Positions 27,391 to 34,697 of a stretch of 43,762 nucleotides of DNA are shown piece after piece. Source of the DNA: Gaiellaceae bacterium. Its GTDB lineage: Bacteria > Actinomycetota > Thermoleophilia > Gaiellales > Gaiellaceae. The notes under the pieces were generated by a model. The model was not told the DNA's origin and made no database searches. It worked only from the letters and a program-made list of their open reading frames with translations. The translations under genes and the position numbers were made by a program. Each line of letters starts with the position of its first letter. Within the stretch, counting starts at the first letter, position 1. The stretch spans positions 1 to 43,762 of the forward strand of contig JBKJML010000141.1 of the NCBI GenBank assembly GCA_046596415.1, given 5' to 3'.

Positions 27391-29064
27391 CTACTTGATC
27401 GTCACGGGCGCGAACGACTCGTTCGTCGTCGGGCTCGGCACGTAGCCCTTGACATTCGCGGTGAACGCCAGCGCCGACTTCGAGTGCGCGTAGGGGATCC
27501 CGGGGAGGTACTCCATGATCGTCCGGTTGATCGCCTGGTACATGGTCTTGCGCTTCTCGACGTTCGGCTCGAGCTCAGCCTCGTCGAGCGCCTTCGTCAG
27601 CGCCGGGTTCTTGAAGCCCCATTGCGGCTTCTCGCCCTGGAAGAAGATGCCGATGAAGTTGTCGGCGTCGGCGTAGTCACCGGTTTGGCCGAGGAAGTTC
27701 AGTGCGCCCCCCTTGCCCTGGAGGACACGGCCGAGGTAGTCGGGGCTCCACGGAGCCGAGTGCGGAACGACCTTGAAGCCGGACTCGTTCAGGCTGGCCG
27801 CGAAGGCCTCGAAGTTCCGCTTCGGGTCGGGCATGTACGGCCGCGACACATCCGTCGGGTACCAGAAGTCCACCGTGAGCGGGAGCGTGACGCCCGCCTT
27901 CTGGAGGAGCTCCTTCGCCTTCGCCGGGTCGTACGTGTACTCGGTGACGTCATCGGCGTAGCCCGAGAGCGTCGGCGGCATGAACTCCTTCGCCACCACG
28001 CCGCGGCCGGCGTAGAACGAGTCGACGATCTTCTGGCGGTCGAGTCCGTAGGCGACGGCCTGCCGCACCTCGAGCTTGTCGAACGGCTTCACCTTCTGAT
28101 TGATCGTGATGTAGGCGATGTTGAACGCCGGGCGCTCGAGCACCTGGAGTTTCGAGTCGCCCTTGACCGTCGGCACGTCCTGCGGCTCGACGAGGTCGTA
28201 GCCCTGGATCTCACCGGTCTGGAGGGCCTGGAGGCGCGCTGCGTTGTCGTTGATCGGGCGGATGATCAGCTTGTCGAGCTTGGCCTTCTCGCCCCAGTAG
28301 TCCTCGTTGCGGACGAGGACGAGCTTGTCGCCCCGCGTCCACGACTCGAGCTTGAACGCGCCGGTCCCGACCGGGTGCTCGGTTCCGAACGTGCCGGTGG
28401 GATGGAAGCCGGTGTCGTCGGTCGTGCCCGCGTCGGCTTCGTAGTCGATGAGCGCCTTCGGGCTCGCCATCGCGAACGGGGCGAGCGTCAGGGCGCCGAG
28501 CACGGAGGCTGACGGGCGCGTGAAGTTCAGTTTCACGGTCGTTTCGTCGGTCGCCTCGCAGCTGGCGAAGAGGCTCTGGCCGAGCGCCTCGTTCTCCTTG
28601 GTGTTCTGGGCGTATCCGCCGAACGTGACCTGCCAGTAGTACGACGCCGAGGCACTCTGGGCCGCACCCTCGAAGTTGTACCAGCGGTTGAAGTTAGCGC
28701 AGACGGCCTCGGAATTGAAGGGCTCGCCGTCCGTGAACTTGACGCCGGCGTGGAGCTTGAACGTGATCGCCTTGGCGTCCGTCGCCACCTCCCAACTCTC
28801 GGCAAGGCTCGGCACGACCTCCGTGCCGCCGGGCTTGAGGTTGACGAGCGTCTCGAAGATCTGCGACGCGGGTCGGATCGACTCGCCGTCGCTCGCGAGA
28901 GCGGGATCGAGCGAGACAGGATCGGCGGCGCCCGCGAAGACAAGCGTGCCCCCCGCTGCGCCTCCGGCCGTCCCGGCAGCCTTGTCCTTGCCGCCGCACC
29001 CGGCCGCCACGGCGAGCGCGACTACGACGAGGGCTAGCCCCGGAGGACGCCACGTCATGTTCAT
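27391..29064 (-). CDS. family-5 (peptide/opine/nickel) ABC substrate-binding lipoprotein, orphan
   Basis: AAAGGAGA sits upstream of ATG 29064. Lipobox AVAAGCGG, followed by a long SBP_bac_5-type body. No Dpp/Opp-type permease or ATPase is adjacent. Confidence 0.88.
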   Translation of the reverse strand: MNMTWRPPGLALVVVALAVAAGCGGKDKAAGTAGGAAGGTLVFAGAADPVSLDPALASDGESIRPASQIFETLVNLKPGGTEVVPSLAESWEVATDAKAITFKLHAGVKFTDGEPFNSEAVCANFNRWYNFEGAAQSASASYYWQVTFGGYAQNTKENEALGQSLFASCEATDETTVKLNFTRPSASVLGALTLAPFAMASPKALIDYEADAGTTDDTGFHPTGTFGTEHPVGTGAFKLESWTRGDKLVLVRNEDYWGEKAKLDKLIIRPINDNAARLQALQTGEIQGYDLVEPQDVPTVKGDSKLQVLERPAFNIAYITINQKVKPFDKLEVRQAVAYGLDRQKIVDSFYAGRGVVAKEFMPPTLSGYADDVTEYTYDPAKAKELLQKAGVTLPLTVDFWYPTDVSRPYMPDPKRNFEAFAASLNESGFKVVPHSAPWSPDYLGRVLQGKGGALNFLGQTGDYADADNFIGIFFQGEKPQWGFKNPALTKALDEAELEPNVEKRKTMYQAINRTIMEYLPGIPYAHSKSALAFTANVKGYVPSPTTNESFAPVTIK

Positions 29065-29134
29065 GATGTCTCCTTTTCGCTGGGCCGGTCCGGCCTGGGG
29101 CGAGTATCTCGTCCCGCCCAGCACGAGGCAAGCA

Positions 29135-29154
29135 ACGCGTACAATCGTGCGCAT
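29135..29154. promoter_or_regulatory. second copy of the operator-like palindrome (ACGCGTAC-N4-GTGCGCAT)
   Basis: The right half and 7 more nt are identical to site 11388-11402. It overlaps a TACAAT -10-like box (29140-29145) in the divergent SBP5/SnoaL intergenic region. Confidence 0.35.
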
Positions 29155-29177
29155 CGCGAACATCACCAAGGAGCCCC

Positions 29178-29642
29178 ATGGACCTCGCCGCCAGAGTTCG
29201 AGAGCTCGACGATCGCCTTGCGATCACTGATCTGATCCACGCCTACTGCGACCACTTCGACCGAAACGAGCCCGAGGCGGTCGCTGCGCTGTTCACGGCG
29301 GAAGCGACCGTCGACTACGGCCCCGAGGCGACGACGATCGTCGGGGCGGACGCGATTGCTTCGACGATCGCGGTCGGGCTGAAGCAGACGTTCGCCGCGA
29401 CGAGCCACCATGTCTCCAACATTCGGATCTCGTTCGAGGGCCCCGACGCGGCGCTCGGCGTCACCTACCTCTATGCATGGCACCGCTACGTCGACGGCTC
29501 GCCGGATGGGGAGCTCTGGGGCCGCTACCGCCACCGCTTCGAACGCACCGTCGCCGGCTGGCGGATTGCGCGGCTCGTGCTCGAGGCGACCGGCACGGTC
29601 GCCTTCCACCGGGCGACGATGCACCCGATCGGCCGCCGCTAG
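29178..29642 (+). CDS. SnoaL/NTF2-like fold protein
   Basis: AAGGAG (29168-29173) sits upstream of ATG 29178. The N-terminus (LDDRLAITDLIHAYCDHFDRNEPEAVAALFTAEATVDYG) is typical of SnoaL_4-like proteins. Confidence 0.72.
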   Translation: MDLAARVRELDDRLAITDLIHAYCDHFDRNEPEAVAALFTAEATVDYGPEATTIVGADAIASTIAVGLKQTFAATSHHVSNIRISFEGPDAALGVTYLYAWHRYVDGSPDGELWGRYRHRFERTVAGWRIARLVLEATGTVAFHRATMHPIGRR

Positions 29643-29646
29643 GCGA

Positions 29647-29671
29647 TGGGCCGTGCTGGGCTCGAACCAGC
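29647..29671 (-). other. orphan tRNA 3' fragment (T-arm plus acceptor 3' strand)
   Basis: The minus strand reads GCTGG-TTCGAGC-CCAGC-ACGGCCC-A: a perfect T stem-loop with the GTTCGAGCC consensus, a 7-nt acceptor strand and a discriminator. No matching 5' half is present. Confidence 0.45.
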
Positions 29672-29789
29672 TTGACAACAGATGCCGACGGGCTTTGTCG
29701 TCAGGGAACAGGTCACGTCATTCTGCAATGAGTTCTAAGAAGCGCCCCGGTGCCGCGAGCGTGACTTCCTTTTGCTCTAGGTGGTGCAG

Positions 29790-29821
29790 GTCGGGGGCGC
29801 GGGATCTTTCGCGCCCCCGAC
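29790..29821. terminator. 12-bp GC hairpin between convergent genes
   Basis: GTCGGGGGCGCG (29790-29801), an 8-nt loop, then CGCGCCCCCGAC (29810-29821). CTTTCCTTC follows on the plus strand. Confidence 0.6.
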
Positions 29822-29862
29822 CTTTCCTTCGCCTAGCGGGCGTTCATCATCGTTGGTTCCCG

Positions 29863-30642
29863 TCAGGAAGGAGCAATCGAGCTGCCACCGAGCGGGCATC
29901 CGGTGACGGTGCCACCCGTGATCGTCGCAGCGAGTTTCGCAAGGACATCACCGTTGAAGGTTCCCCGAGTGAGGGTGGTGGCCGCACCGGCAAGAGTCGT
30001 TCCCACGAACGTCGAATCCGTCAGCGTCACGGCGTCCGCGACCCACCAGTACACGCTGCTGCAAGCCGGCGTGGCACCGTCGCTCCTGATCACCGAGAAG
30101 TTGGTGCCCGTCAAAGCGCCGACTCCTAGGGTTCCGATCTTGAAGATCCAGGTGCCGTCCGTGGGCCCGTCGAGCGTCAACACACCGCCCGTCGTGGTGG
30201 CCGCCGCCTCGAAGCAATAGATGCCAGGGGGAAGCGTCTGACCAGCGAGTGTCGTCAATGTGGAGTCGCACTGCAGCGCCTTGAAGGCGTCGTAGGCAAC
30301 GCCGAAGTCGTTCTGGGCCTGCGCCGCTACCGTGTCCCCGGCGTTGATAGTCCCGATCACCGGACAACTGTTCTGCGTGATAGCGGTGCCGGGGTACACG
30401 CCGACATTTCCGGTGACAGTGGCGTCGGTGCAGGTCACCTCCGTGCCGGCGAGGACAGCGAAGCTTCCCGCTGCACCCAGCGAGGGAGTGGACATCGGGG
30501 CATCCGAGGCGAGCGCCAGGGCGGACGCCGGAATCAGCGCAACGACGACTACCGACATGACCAGCGAAAACAGAACACCGTTTCGTGAACGGCGCAGATC
30601 GCGTAGCACACTCAAGAGGAACCTTCCTACTGGAGTCGGCAC
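29863..30642 (-). CDS. secreted DUF3494 / ice-binding-like family protein
   Basis: Signal peptide (RRSRNGVLFSLVMSVVVVALIPASALALA), then LGAAGSFAVLAGTEVT...TGNVGVYPGTAIT...AAQAQNDFGVAYDA...LPPGIYCF...GTLTLDG, which is characteristic of DUF3494. Confidence 0.78.
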   Translation of the reverse strand: MPTPVGRFLLSVLRDLRRSRNGVLFSLVMSVVVVALIPASALALASDAPMSTPSLGAAGSFAVLAGTEVTCTDATVTGNVGVYPGTAITQNSCPVIGTINAGDTVAAQAQNDFGVAYDAFKALQCDSTLTTLAGQTLPPGIYCFEAAATTTGGVLTLDGPTDGTWIFKIGTLGVGALTGTNFSVIRSDGATPACSSVYWWVADAVTLTDSTFVGTTLAGAATTLTRGTFNGDVLAKLAATITGGTVTGCPLGGSSIAPS

Positions 30643-30703
30643 CGACGAGTCGTCGGCTGCCGCAGAACCGAGTAATCCGTAGTTCGCATCTACCAGTCAC
30701 AAC

Positions 30704-30729
30704 AGATACTTTCACTTGTTCAAGTATCT
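30704..30729. repeat. AT-rich inverted repeat upstream of the DUF3494 gene
   Basis: AGATACTT (30704-30711), 10 nt, then AAGTATCT (30722-30729). An inner ACTTG/CAAGT palindrome is also present. Confidence 0.5.
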
Positions 30730-30927
30730 AAACGTCACGCTCGGAACGTGCCTGCAATGCCGGTCGAGCCGGCGAGCACTAGGCGCGCTTTCTCCCCGCC
30801 GCCGACGAACGTGCGCTTGGGCTTCTACACGAATTCGGCTCAGCGCCGGATGGCTGTGAAATTGACGCGGCTGCGGATGCCGAACGATCACGTCGAGAGA
30901 CAGACCCGTCTGTGCACAGGGCGATAT

Positions 30928-30973
30928 AGAGCGGGAGCGACGGGACTCGAACCCGCGACCTCCGGCGTGACAG
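30928..30973 (-). repeat. 46-bp copy of the tRNA-Asp 3' half (att-like distal repeat)
   Basis: AGAGCGGGAGCGACGGGACTCGAACCCGCGACCTCCGGCGTGACAG is identical to 34575-34620. The flanking bases differ on both sides. Confidence 0.9.
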
Positions 30974-31132
30974 TTACGTGCTGCGGGTTACCGTTGGTGT
31001 TCGTTGGTCGCCGTTAGTCGCGCTGTGCGCGGCTTCCGCGCGGCGGCTCTTGTCGTTGGTCGCCACGGGTTGCCGCCGCTGCGTTCCAGAATCGTTCCAA
31101 AAGCCGGTCGCGCCCTCGACGTGCTAGCGGTG

Positions 31133-31201
31133 GGGATGCTTCTATGAGTGGCAAGTGCTCGAGGCAACCTCACTACCACTTGACACTCATAGAAGCATCC
31201 C
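31133..31201. repeat. 69-nt near-perfect palindrome (25-nt arms, 1 mismatch)
   Basis: GGGATGCTTCTATGAGTGgCAAGTG (31133-31157) pairs with CACTTGaCACTCATAGAAGCATCCC (31177-31201); the loop is 19 nt. Confidence 0.85.
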
Positions 31202-31277
31202 TGGTCTCAGAGAGAAGAGGCGGCGCCTAATCCGTCGCCGGCTGGTCGGGCGGGCGGTGGCGAGCGACAATGCGTGG

Positions 31278-34200
31278 ATGTCGAACTGCGTATCGTGTGG
31301 CGCGGCTCTTTCAGGGAGTGCGCGCTTCTGCTCGTCGTGCGGGATGTCGACCGCGATGGCTGCCTCCGCGGTCGAGGAGCGGAAGCTAGTGACAGTGTTG
31401 TTCGCTGATCTTGTCGGCTCGACGGCGCTGGGAGAGTCCACCGATCCGGAGCGGATGCGCGTGGTGCTCGACCGGTTCTACGACGCGATGGCGGCCGAGA
31501 TCGAGCGTGTTGGCGGAACGATCGAGAAGTTTGTCGGGGACGCGGTCATGGCCGCGTTTGGCGCGCCGATCGCTCATGAGGATCACGCCGAGCGGGCTCT
31601 TGCTGCGGCGCTGGCAATGCAGGATCGATTGCGCGAGCTCTTCGGAGACCGCTTGAAGCTCCGGATCGGTGTGAATACCGGGGACGTTGTCCTCGGACGC
31701 GCCCGCCAGGGCAGCTCGTTCGTGTCGGGCGACGCCGTCAACGTGGCGGCGCGGCTCGAGCAGGCCGCGGCGCCGGACGAGATCCTGGTCGGCGAGCGCA
31801 CCGTCGCAGCCGCGGGGGCGGCGTTCGCGTACGGGGAGGGGCGCTCACTCGCGGCGAAGGGCAAGCGGCTTCCCGTCAACGCACGCCCGCTCGTGCGCGC
31901 GCTCGCGCCACGGCGGCCGCGCGGCGCCCGCGGCCTCCGCTCGGCATTTGTGGGCCGCAAGCTGGAGATCGAGTGGTTGGTTCGAGCCTACGAGGCGACG
32001 GTCGCCGGCGGGCGACCGCGGCTCGTCGTTGCCGTCGGGGATCCAGGCGTCGGAAAGAGCCGTCTCGTAGCTGAGTTCGTCGACCGGCTCGCGCGCTTCC
32101 CCAGCTCTCCCGCCGTCGCTCTCGGCCGCTGCCTCGCGTATGGCCGTCAAACGACGTACGCGCCGCTCGGTGACGTGCTCAGGCAGCGGCTCGGCCTCGC
32201 TGAGAGCGCCTCGCCAGCCGACGTGGCGGCTGTTCTTGGGAGCCGGCAGATCCTCGCCCTCGCGCTCGGCGCCGCCGCCGCCGAGGACATCCATCCGCTC
32301 GTCGCGCGGGCACGGTTCCAGACGGCGTGGACGGAGTTCGTCGCCGAGGCGGCGGCAGAGCGCCCGCTCGTGGTCGTCATCGAGGACGCGCACTGGGCTC
32401 AGCCGCAGCTGCTCGAGCTACTCGATGAGCTCGCGGCGACGGGCGAGATGCCGATCCTCATCGTCGTGACGAGCCGGCCCGAGCTTGCGCCCGCCGCCTT
32501 CGCGCGCGCCGCGGCAGAGACAATCCGGGTCGAGCCGCTGCCGGCCGCGTCCGCCGCAGCGATGGCCGCGCAACTTCTGGGCTCAGCGCCACCGCAGCCG
32601 ATGCTCGCGGCCCTCGACCGCGCGGAGGGCAACCCCTTCTTCATCGAAGAGATCGTCGCCAGCCTTCTCGACCGCGGGCTGCTCGTCCGCCGCGAGGGCG
32701 CGTGGGCCGTCGGCGAGCTGCCGCCGTCCGCGGTCCCCGACACGGTCACGTCGCTGCTCGCCTCGCGGATCGATCTGCTTCCGCCGCGTGAGAAGCGGGC
32801 GTTGCAGGCGGCGGCGGTCGTCGGCCGGCGGTTCGGACGCGCGTCCGTCGAAGCACTGGTCGGCGAGCGGCCCGACTTCGCCCTGCTCGAGCAGCGTGAG
32901 TTCGTGGCACGGGCTTCCCCGTCGTCCGTGGCGGACGACGGGGAATACACGCTCAAGCACGCGCTCACGCGTGAAGTCGCGTACGCCGGGGTTCCCCGCG
33001 CTGCACGCGCGCGGCTCCATGCGGCTTACGCCGAATGGGTCGAACGCGAGCGCGGAGCGCGCGACGAGAACGCGCCGGTGCTCGCGCACCACTACGGCGA
33101 GTCGCTGGACGCGGAGTTCCTCGATCTGGCGTGGGGCGAGGACGCCGCGACGATCGAACGCTTGCGCACGAAGGCGCTTCGCTGGTTACAGCGGGCAGCC
33201 GAGTTGGCGATCGGGCGATACGACATCGACCAGGTACTCTCGCTTCTCCAGCGGTCGCTCGAGCTCGCCGAGGATGAAGCGACGACGCACCGCCTCTGGC
33301 GCGCGATCGCCGCGGCGCACGCGCTGCGGTACGACAGCGCCGGATTCGTCAGCGCGAGTCAGCGCGCCATCGACCTCGCGCCTGATGCGCCCGCGAGGTC
33401 TGCGCTGTACGCCGACCTCGCACTCCGCACGTCCGTCGCCGGCTTGATGTGGAACCCTCCGCTCGAGCCGCAGGTTGTCGAGGCCTGGATCGAGAGTGCG
33501 CTCAGGGGCGCCGCGGCTGGGAGCGCGGATCGGGCGAAGGCGCTTCTGGCGCGTGCGTGGTATGAGGCGAACGCGGACGCACCGGCGCGCGAGGCGCTCG
33601 CGATCGCCGAGCGCCTCGACGATCCGGTACTGATCGCGCTCGGGCTGCGCGGTTGCATCTTCGCCGCGACCACGGCTGGCCGCCTCGACGAGGCCGCCGC
33701 GCAAGCCGAGCGGCTCGACGCGATCGTCGGCTCGGTCTCAGATCCCGGCCTGAAGGAGGTCGTGATGACGCCCACCCTGCGCATCGCGATGCTGCTGGGG
33801 AATCTGGACGATGCGCGACGGCATGTCGAGTCGATCGACGCGTTGATCCGGGAGCTCACGCCCCACCATCGGCTTCACGGGCTCGCCTACGCGGTGGAGG
33901 TGGAAGAGCTTGGTGCGTGCTGGGAGCGGGTTCTCGCGCTCGAGCCCGCGGTCGAGGAGGCCGTGGAGCGCAACCGCGCGACGCCGTGCGCCCGCAACGC
34001 GCGGTCGCTGCTCGTCTGCGCGCTCGCGCACGAGGCGGCGGGCAACGGCGGACGCGCGGCCGTGGTCGAGCGTGCGGCTGAGCAACTGCGGATGGAGGGG
34101 CACGTGCGCGTGCTCGAGCCTCTTCTTCTGCGGCTTGCCCTTCTCCGCGGGCGGTCCGAGGAGCTGCAGGACCGGATCGGTCGCTACGGCGCGCCGCAGA

Positions 34201-34496
34201 TCCGGTTCACGTGGGATATCGCCGGCGTCGCCGCCTGGCTCGACGCCGCAGCGGCGCTCGGTCTGCGCGAGGCGATCGAAGCCGCCGCCACCGACATCGC
34301 CTACGAGGCGACGTACGTCGAGCCCTTTGTGCTGCGCGCGATTGGCATCGCGCGCAGGGACGAGGAGCTGATCCACCGGGCCGACCGCGCGTTCGCCGCG
34401 CGAGGACTCGATTGGTTCGCCCAGCAGACGCCGCTGCTGATAGGCGCGGCGACCCGCTCAGGGGCACGCCCTTGCCCCGGCTCTCGGACTAATTGA
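31278..34496 (+). CDS. Zn-ribbon / class-III nucleotidyl cyclase / STAND-type P-loop ATPase / TPR-like repeat protein
   Basis: Zn ribbon CVSCGAAL...FCSSCG. Cyclase motifs VTVLFADLVGST, EKFVGDAVMAAFG, IGVNTGDVV and GDAVNVAARLEQ. Walker A GDPGVGKSR and Walker B VVVIEDAHWA. About 600 aa of helical repeats follow, and no C-terminal HTH is recognisable. ATG 31278 is preferred over GTG 31155, which lies inside the palindrome. Confidence 0.85.
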   Translation: MSNCVSCGAALSGSARFCSSCGMSTAMAASAVEERKLVTVLFADLVGSTALGESTDPERMRVVLDRFYDAMAAEIERVGGTIEKFVGDAVMAAFGAPIAHEDHAERALAAALAMQDRLRELFGDRLKLRIGVNTGDVVLGRARQGSSFVSGDAVNVAARLEQAAAPDEILVGERTVAAAGAAFAYGEGRSLAAKGKRLPVNARPLVRALAPRRPRGARGLRSAFVGRKLEIEWLVRAYEATVAGGRPRLVVAVGDPGVGKSRLVAEFVDRLARFPSSPAVALGRCLAYGRQTTYAPLGDVLRQRLGLAESASPADVAAVLGSRQILALALGAAAAEDIHPLVARARFQTAWTEFVAEAAAERPLVVVIEDAHWAQPQLLELLDELAATGEMPILIVVTSRPELAPAAFARAAAETIRVEPLPAASAAAMAAQLLGSAPPQPMLAALDRAEGNPFFIEEIVASLLDRGLLVRREGAWAVGELPPSAVPDTVTSLLASRIDLLPPREKRALQAAAVVGRRFGRASVEALVGERPDFALLEQREFVARASPSSVADDGEYTLKHALTREVAYAGVPRAARARLHAAYAEWVERERGARDENAPVLAHHYGESLDAEFLDLAWGEDAATIERLRTKALRWLQRAAELAIGRYDIDQVLSLLQRSLELAEDEATTHRLWRAIAAAHALRYDSAGFVSASQRAIDLAPDAPARSALYADLALRTSVAGLMWNPPLEPQVVEAWIESALRGAAAGSADRAKALLARAWYEANADAPAREALAIAERLDDPVLIALGLRGCIFAATTAGRLDEAAAQAERLDAIVGSVSDPGLKEVVMTPTLRIAMLLGNLDDARRHVESIDALIRELTPHHRLHGLAYAVEVEELGACWERVLALEPAVEEAVERNRATPCARNARSLLVCALAHEAAGNGGRAAVVERAAEQLRMEGHVRVLEPLLLRLALLRGRSEELQDRIGRYGAPQIRFTWDIAGVAAWLDAAAALGLREAIEAAATDIAYEATYVEPFVLRAIGIARRDEELIHRADRAFAARGLDWFAQQTPLLIGAATRSGARPCPGSRTN

Positions 34497-34541
34497 GAGC
34501 CCCATCCACACCCCATCACGCGGTAGCGTCTGCCGGACATA

Positions 34542-34569
34542 GGAAAGAAAAATCGCCTGCGTGCAGGCG
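34542..34569 (-). terminator. intrinsic terminator downstream of tRNA-Asp
   Basis: The minus strand reads CGCCTGCACGCAGGCG (hairpin 34554-34569) followed by ATTTTTCTTTCC. Confidence 0.55.
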
Positions 34570-34578
34570 GTTCAAGAG

Positions 34579-34652
<74 letters not shown>

Positions 34653-34685
34653 CGGGCGAGGGGGCAGTCTAGCTGCCCCGGTCTC

Positions 34686-34691
34686 TAGGCT
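34686..34691 (+). promoter_or_regulatory. -10 box of a leaderless transcript
   Basis: TAGGCT, 6 nt, then GTG 34698. Confidence 0.35.
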
Positions 34692-34697
34692 GCATAC

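Noticed and set aside
29647-29722. A full-length tRNA gene at the orphan T-arm.
   Set aside because: No GGGCCGT 5' acceptor strand is present, and no D-arm or proper anticodon arm lies in the expected 76 nt. Only the 3' 25 nt are tRNA-like.
29948-30715. 255-aa alternative-frame ORF overlapping the DUF3494 gene.
   Set aside because: The translation is Arg/His/Cys-rich with no family resemblance. The overlapping frame gives a clean signal peptide plus DUF3494 motifs.
30748-31017. 89-aa plus-strand ORF spanning the att-like repeat, and the 63-aa minus-strand ORF at 30988-31179, examined as possible integrase or excisionase remnants.
   Set aside because: They show no recombinase motifs. The first reads through the tRNA-derived repeat (...GATGLEPATSGVTV...). 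They are most likely fortuitous.
31155-31277. GTG 31155 as the start of the cyclase-STAND gene.
   Set aside because: It lies inside the loop and right arm of the 69-nt palindrome and would add a basic, unconserved-looking 41 aa. ATG 31278 directly precedes the Zn ribbon.
33776-33790. A third partial match (TGCGCATCGCGA) to the operator-like motif.
   Set aside because: It lies inside the cyclase-STAND coding region, has no palindromic partner, and is only a 12-nt match. It is probably chance.
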